From Actinomycetota bacterium (GTDB taxonomy: Bacteria; Actinomycetota; Thermoleophilia; Gaiellales; Gaiellaceae), in contig JBKPDR010000004.1 of the NCBI GenBank assembly GCA_046727975.1, positions 47,819-111,818 on the forward strand: DNA of 64,000 nucleotides. The letters are read 5' to 3'. The notes beneath the pieces were generated by a model. The model was not told the DNA's origin. It searched no databases and was given only the letters and a program-made list of their open reading frames with translations. Positions 61,729-64,000 of the stretch are shown here, one piece after another. Positions within the stretch are counted from its first letter, which is position 1, and each line of letters begins with the position of its first letter. A program made the position numbers and the translations under genes.

Positions 61729-62619
61729 ATGGCGACGTACGCAGTCGACGTCGACGAGATCCAGACGACGCGTGGCGAAAAGGCGCTCGCCGTCGTGCTC
61801 GGGATCTTCATCCTCATCGGGCTCGTCTGGGCATACGACAAGCTCGACCGGCGCAGCTACCACGCCGTCCAACCCACGACCGCGGAGCAGAGCGCGATAG
61901 GACCGTACGACCGGGCAACCCAGGAGCTGAGCGTTGCAACCGGAGAGCGGGATCGGGCACTTGCCGATCTCGAGCCGCGCCGCGAGCGCTACCGGACCGC
62001 GCTCGATGCGGGTGAGCCCGCCGCCGCACTGGAACGGGAATACAGGCTCGCCGAGCGGGCGCTGACCGTTGCCGAGGAGCGCGTCAAGGCGGCGCATGCT
62101 CGGGTGGCGGCCACCCGGCCGGCGGCGGACGCCGCGCGCCAGCGGGTCGCCGACGAGACCGCGGAACTCGCACGACGGGATGCAGGCCTCACGTTCTTCC
62201 TGCGCCTGGCCTTCGCGCTCCTCGTGCTCGGCGTCTCCTACGGGCTCTTCATGGTGCTCCGCGGCTCCCGCTACCTGACGCTGGGGCTCGCGGCGGTCGG
62301 CGCGGCGGCCGTGCTCGCGCTCGTCTTCACGGGCGACTACGTCGAGGACTACGTCGAATGGCGACGGACAGGGCCACTTGCGTCGTCGCTGGCCGGCATC
62401 GCACTGACGATCGCCGCGTTCTGGGGCCTCCAGCGCTACCTCCAGCGCAGAATCCCGCTGCGGCGCGTCCGGAAACGTGAGTGCCCGTTCTGCGGCTACC
62501 CGGCCGGCGCCGGTCCCCGCTGCGAAGGCTGCGGTCGGGAGGTCGTCGCACGGTGCACGCAGTGCGACGAGCCGCGTCGCGTTGGAGTCGCCTTCTGCGC
62601 GAGCTGCGGGAGGGCCTAA
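61729..62619 (+). CDS. Membrane protein with coiled-coil, four TM helices and C-terminal double zinc ribbon
   Basis: ATG at 61729, 1 nt after the XRE stop, within ORF 61450..62619. C-terminus CPFCG...CEGCG...CTQCD...CASCG. Confidence 0.6.
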   Translation: MATYAVDVDEIQTTRGEKALAVVLGIFILIGLVWAYDKLDRRSYHAVQPTTAEQSAIGPYDRATQELSVATGERDRALADLEPRRERYRTALDAGEPAAALEREYRLAERALTVAEERVKAAHARVAATRPAADAARQRVADETAELARRDAGLTFFLRLAFALLVLGVSYGLFMVLRGSRYLTLGLAAVGAAAVLALVFTGDYVEDYVEWRRTGPLASSLAGIALTIAAFWGLQRYLQRRIPLRRVRKRECPFCGYPAGAGPRCEGCGREVVARCTQCDEPRRVGVAFCASCGRA

Positions 62620-63566
62620 CGGAGGAGAAAGCCTTCTTCGAGCGGATCCTCCGGGTCCAGCTCGAAGACGTGCTCGCCCGTGCGGTACGCGCTCCCTTCG
62701 ACCTCGGTGACGACCGCCGAGATCCCAGCGATGTTCGCGTCGGCGACGACGCGCCCGGTGAACTCGGAGCCGACGATGCTCCGATGGGTGAGCACTCCTC
62801 CGCGCGGCAAGCGCCCAGAGCGGTCGAGGAGCGCCAGGCGGGCCGAGGTCCCGCTTCCGCAGGGCGAGCGGTCGGCCTCGCCGTCCGCGAAGACGGTCAC
62901 GTTCCGCTGGGTCAGCGGGCTCTCTCCTTCCTCCTGCCAGAAGATCACGCCGTACACGTCGCGCAGCTCGGGCTCCAGGGGATGGACGATCTCGTGCTCG
63001 GCTTCGAGCAAACGCTTCAGCTCACGGCCGAGTTCGATCAGGCGGGGAAGCTCGCCCGGTTCGACTCGTTCCTGGAGCGAGGCGTAGAAGGCGCCGCCGA
63101 ACGCGACGTCGACGGCTCGGCCAGCGACCTCGAGCCGCTCCGCCCAGACGTAGGCGGGGACGTTTCGGAAGCGGACCGAGCGCACGCGGCCGTTCTCGAC
63201 CCAGGCCCACGTCTGGAGTCGTCCCGACGGGACGTCCACGACGACGCGGTTCTCCCCCTCGCGGCGCTCCACGATCTCCTCGTCGAGCGCCCACGTGACG
63301 AGTGCGATCGTCCCGTGCCCGCAGGCCGTCGAGTAGCCCGAGTTGTGGAAGAAGACGACGCCGAGATCCGCGTCGGCGTCGTTCGGCTCGACCACGAAGC
63401 AGCCGTACATGTCCGCGTGGCCGCGAGGCTCGTACACGAGGAGCCGCCGGACGTGGTCGAGCCGCTCGAGCGCGTCGCGGCGCTTGTCCAGGATCGTGTC
63501 CCCCTGCGGACGCTCGGAGCCGCCCGTGACGATCCGGAAGGGCTCCCCTCCGGTGTGATAGTCGAC
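62616..63566 (-). CDS. Proline racemase family (Cys/Cys type: 4-hydroxyproline 2-epimerase / proline racemase)
   Basis: The ORF track begins at GTG 63437, but family homology (VDYHTGGEPFRIVTGG...) extends to 63566 in the same frame. Catalytic ACGHG and SPCGSGTSA motifs. No canonical start codon exists between the in-frame TAG (63597..63599) and the homology. Confidence 0.75.
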   Translation of the reverse strand, partial: VDYHTGGEPFRIVTGGSERPQGDTILDKRRDALERLDHVRRLLVYEPRGHADMYGCFVVEPNDADADLGVVFFHNSGYSTACGHGTIALVTWALDEEIVERREGENRVVVDVPSGRLQTWAWVENGRVRSVRFRNVPAYVWAERLEVAGRAVDVAFGGAFYASLQERVEPGELPRLIELGRELKRLLEAEHEIVHPLEPELRDVYGVIFWQEEGESPLTQRNVTVFADGEADRSPCGSGTSARLALLDRSGRLPRGGVLTHRSIVGSEFTGRVVADANIAGISAVVTEVEGSAYRTGEHVFELDPEDPLEEGFLLR

Positions 63567-63596
63567 CGCGCTGACGGGCTCGAGAGACGTAACGGC

Positions 63597-64000
63597 CTAT
63601 CGACCGCGGAAGTCCGGCGTGCGCTTGTCGAGGAACGCCTGAACACCTTCGCGGAAGTCCTCCGTCTGGGTCGTGAGCTCTTGCAGTTCGGCCTCGAGAT
63701 CGAGCTGCTGCTCGAGCGTCGCGGTCGCCGCGTGATCGAAAAGTTTCTTCGTCATCGCGACACCTCGCGTCGGAAGTGCCGCGTACGACTCGGCGAGCTC
63801 CGTGACCCGCGTCGACCAGCGGTCTTGCGGAACGACCTCCGAGACGAGCGCCCACTCGAGCGCCTCGTCCGCGCTCAGACGCCGGTTCGAGACCATCCAC
63901 TCGAACGCGCGCGGAACGCCGAGCAGCCGGCAGACGTAGAGCGAGCCACCCGAGTCGGGGACGAGCCCTATGCCGATGAACCCCGGGACGAAGCTCGCTT
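63597..64000 (-). CDS. Enoyl-CoA hydratase/isomerase (crotonase) family, 5'-partial at window edge
   Basis: ORF 63597..63896 and the same frame upstream to 64000 (...GLVPDSGGS...). C-terminal EGVQAFLDKRTP block. Confidence 0.8.
   Translation of the reverse strand, partial: ASFVPGFIGIGLVPDSGGSLYVCRLLGVPRAFEWMVSNRRLSADEALEWALVSEVVPQDRWSTRVTELAESYAALPTRGVAMTKKLFDHAATATLEQQLDLEAELQELTTQTEDFREGVQAFLDKRTPDFRGR

Noticed and set aside
61431-62619. The XRE gene plus its downstream gene as a toxin-antitoxin or abortive-infection module
   Set aside because: The partner is a 296-aa polytopic membrane protein with zinc ribbons, not a recognisable toxin fold (HipA, RelE, Zn-peptidase and similar). There is no mobile-element context.
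1-64000. CRISPR arrays, transposases, integrases, phage or defence-system genes
   Set aside because: I looked for regularly spaced direct repeats and for the characteristic gene families and found none. The only repeats are the dispersed intercistronic hairpin elements reported above.

Overview
This is a high-GC bacterial chromosome segment. Gene content and codon bias suggest a deep-branching actinobacterium (Thermoleophilia/Rubrobacteria-like), but that is inference only. I support about 65 protein genes. They are densely packed, and many share 1-4 nt stop/start overlaps. I saw no rRNA, tRNA, CRISPR array, transposase or phage gene. All family calls come from motifs read in the translations; I ran no database search.

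Gene blocks in order:
- 6-4570 (minus): a tightly coupled operon of cysH, comA, Fe-S hydro-lyase beta/alpha, an ankyrin protein and a fumarate-reductase-like flavoprotein. It is a candidate undescribed C3-sulfonate pathway.
- 4.6-17.3 kb: regulators and envelope genes (LysR, DUF354, PhoX-like, M50 protease, CapD/DegT, DedA, phosphodiester glycosidase).
- 17.3-26.8 kb: a futalosine-route menaquinone supercluster (mqnC, mqnA, mqnE, polyprenyl synthase, menG, ubiX ... ubiD). A b6c-type qcrABC set is embedded in it.
- 26.8-27.8 kb: a decayed cyclase/ATPase/TPR regulator pseudogene.
- 28-41.7 kb: transporter, YmdB-like, LanC-like, GT-C/GtrA, pcm, and 2-oxoacid dehydrogenase E1ab-E2.
- 41.9-45.1 kb: paaR-paaABCD.
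- 45585-45803: a SelW/Rdx-like gene with an in-frame TGA (CxxU) and a downstream hairpin. The ORF track misses it.
- 45.9-59.9 kb: a choline/glycine-betaine uptake and demethylation island.
- 59.9-64 kb: Ser/Thr kinase, XRE regulator, a proline-racemase-family gene and a crotonase.

The most unusual non-gene signal is a set of modular intercistronic repeats. Each forms a mini-ORF that overlaps the stop codon of the upstream gene and the start codon of the downstream gene, as mycobacterial MIRUs do. One copy carries a nested in-frame insertion of a hairpin module that recurs elsewhere in the window.
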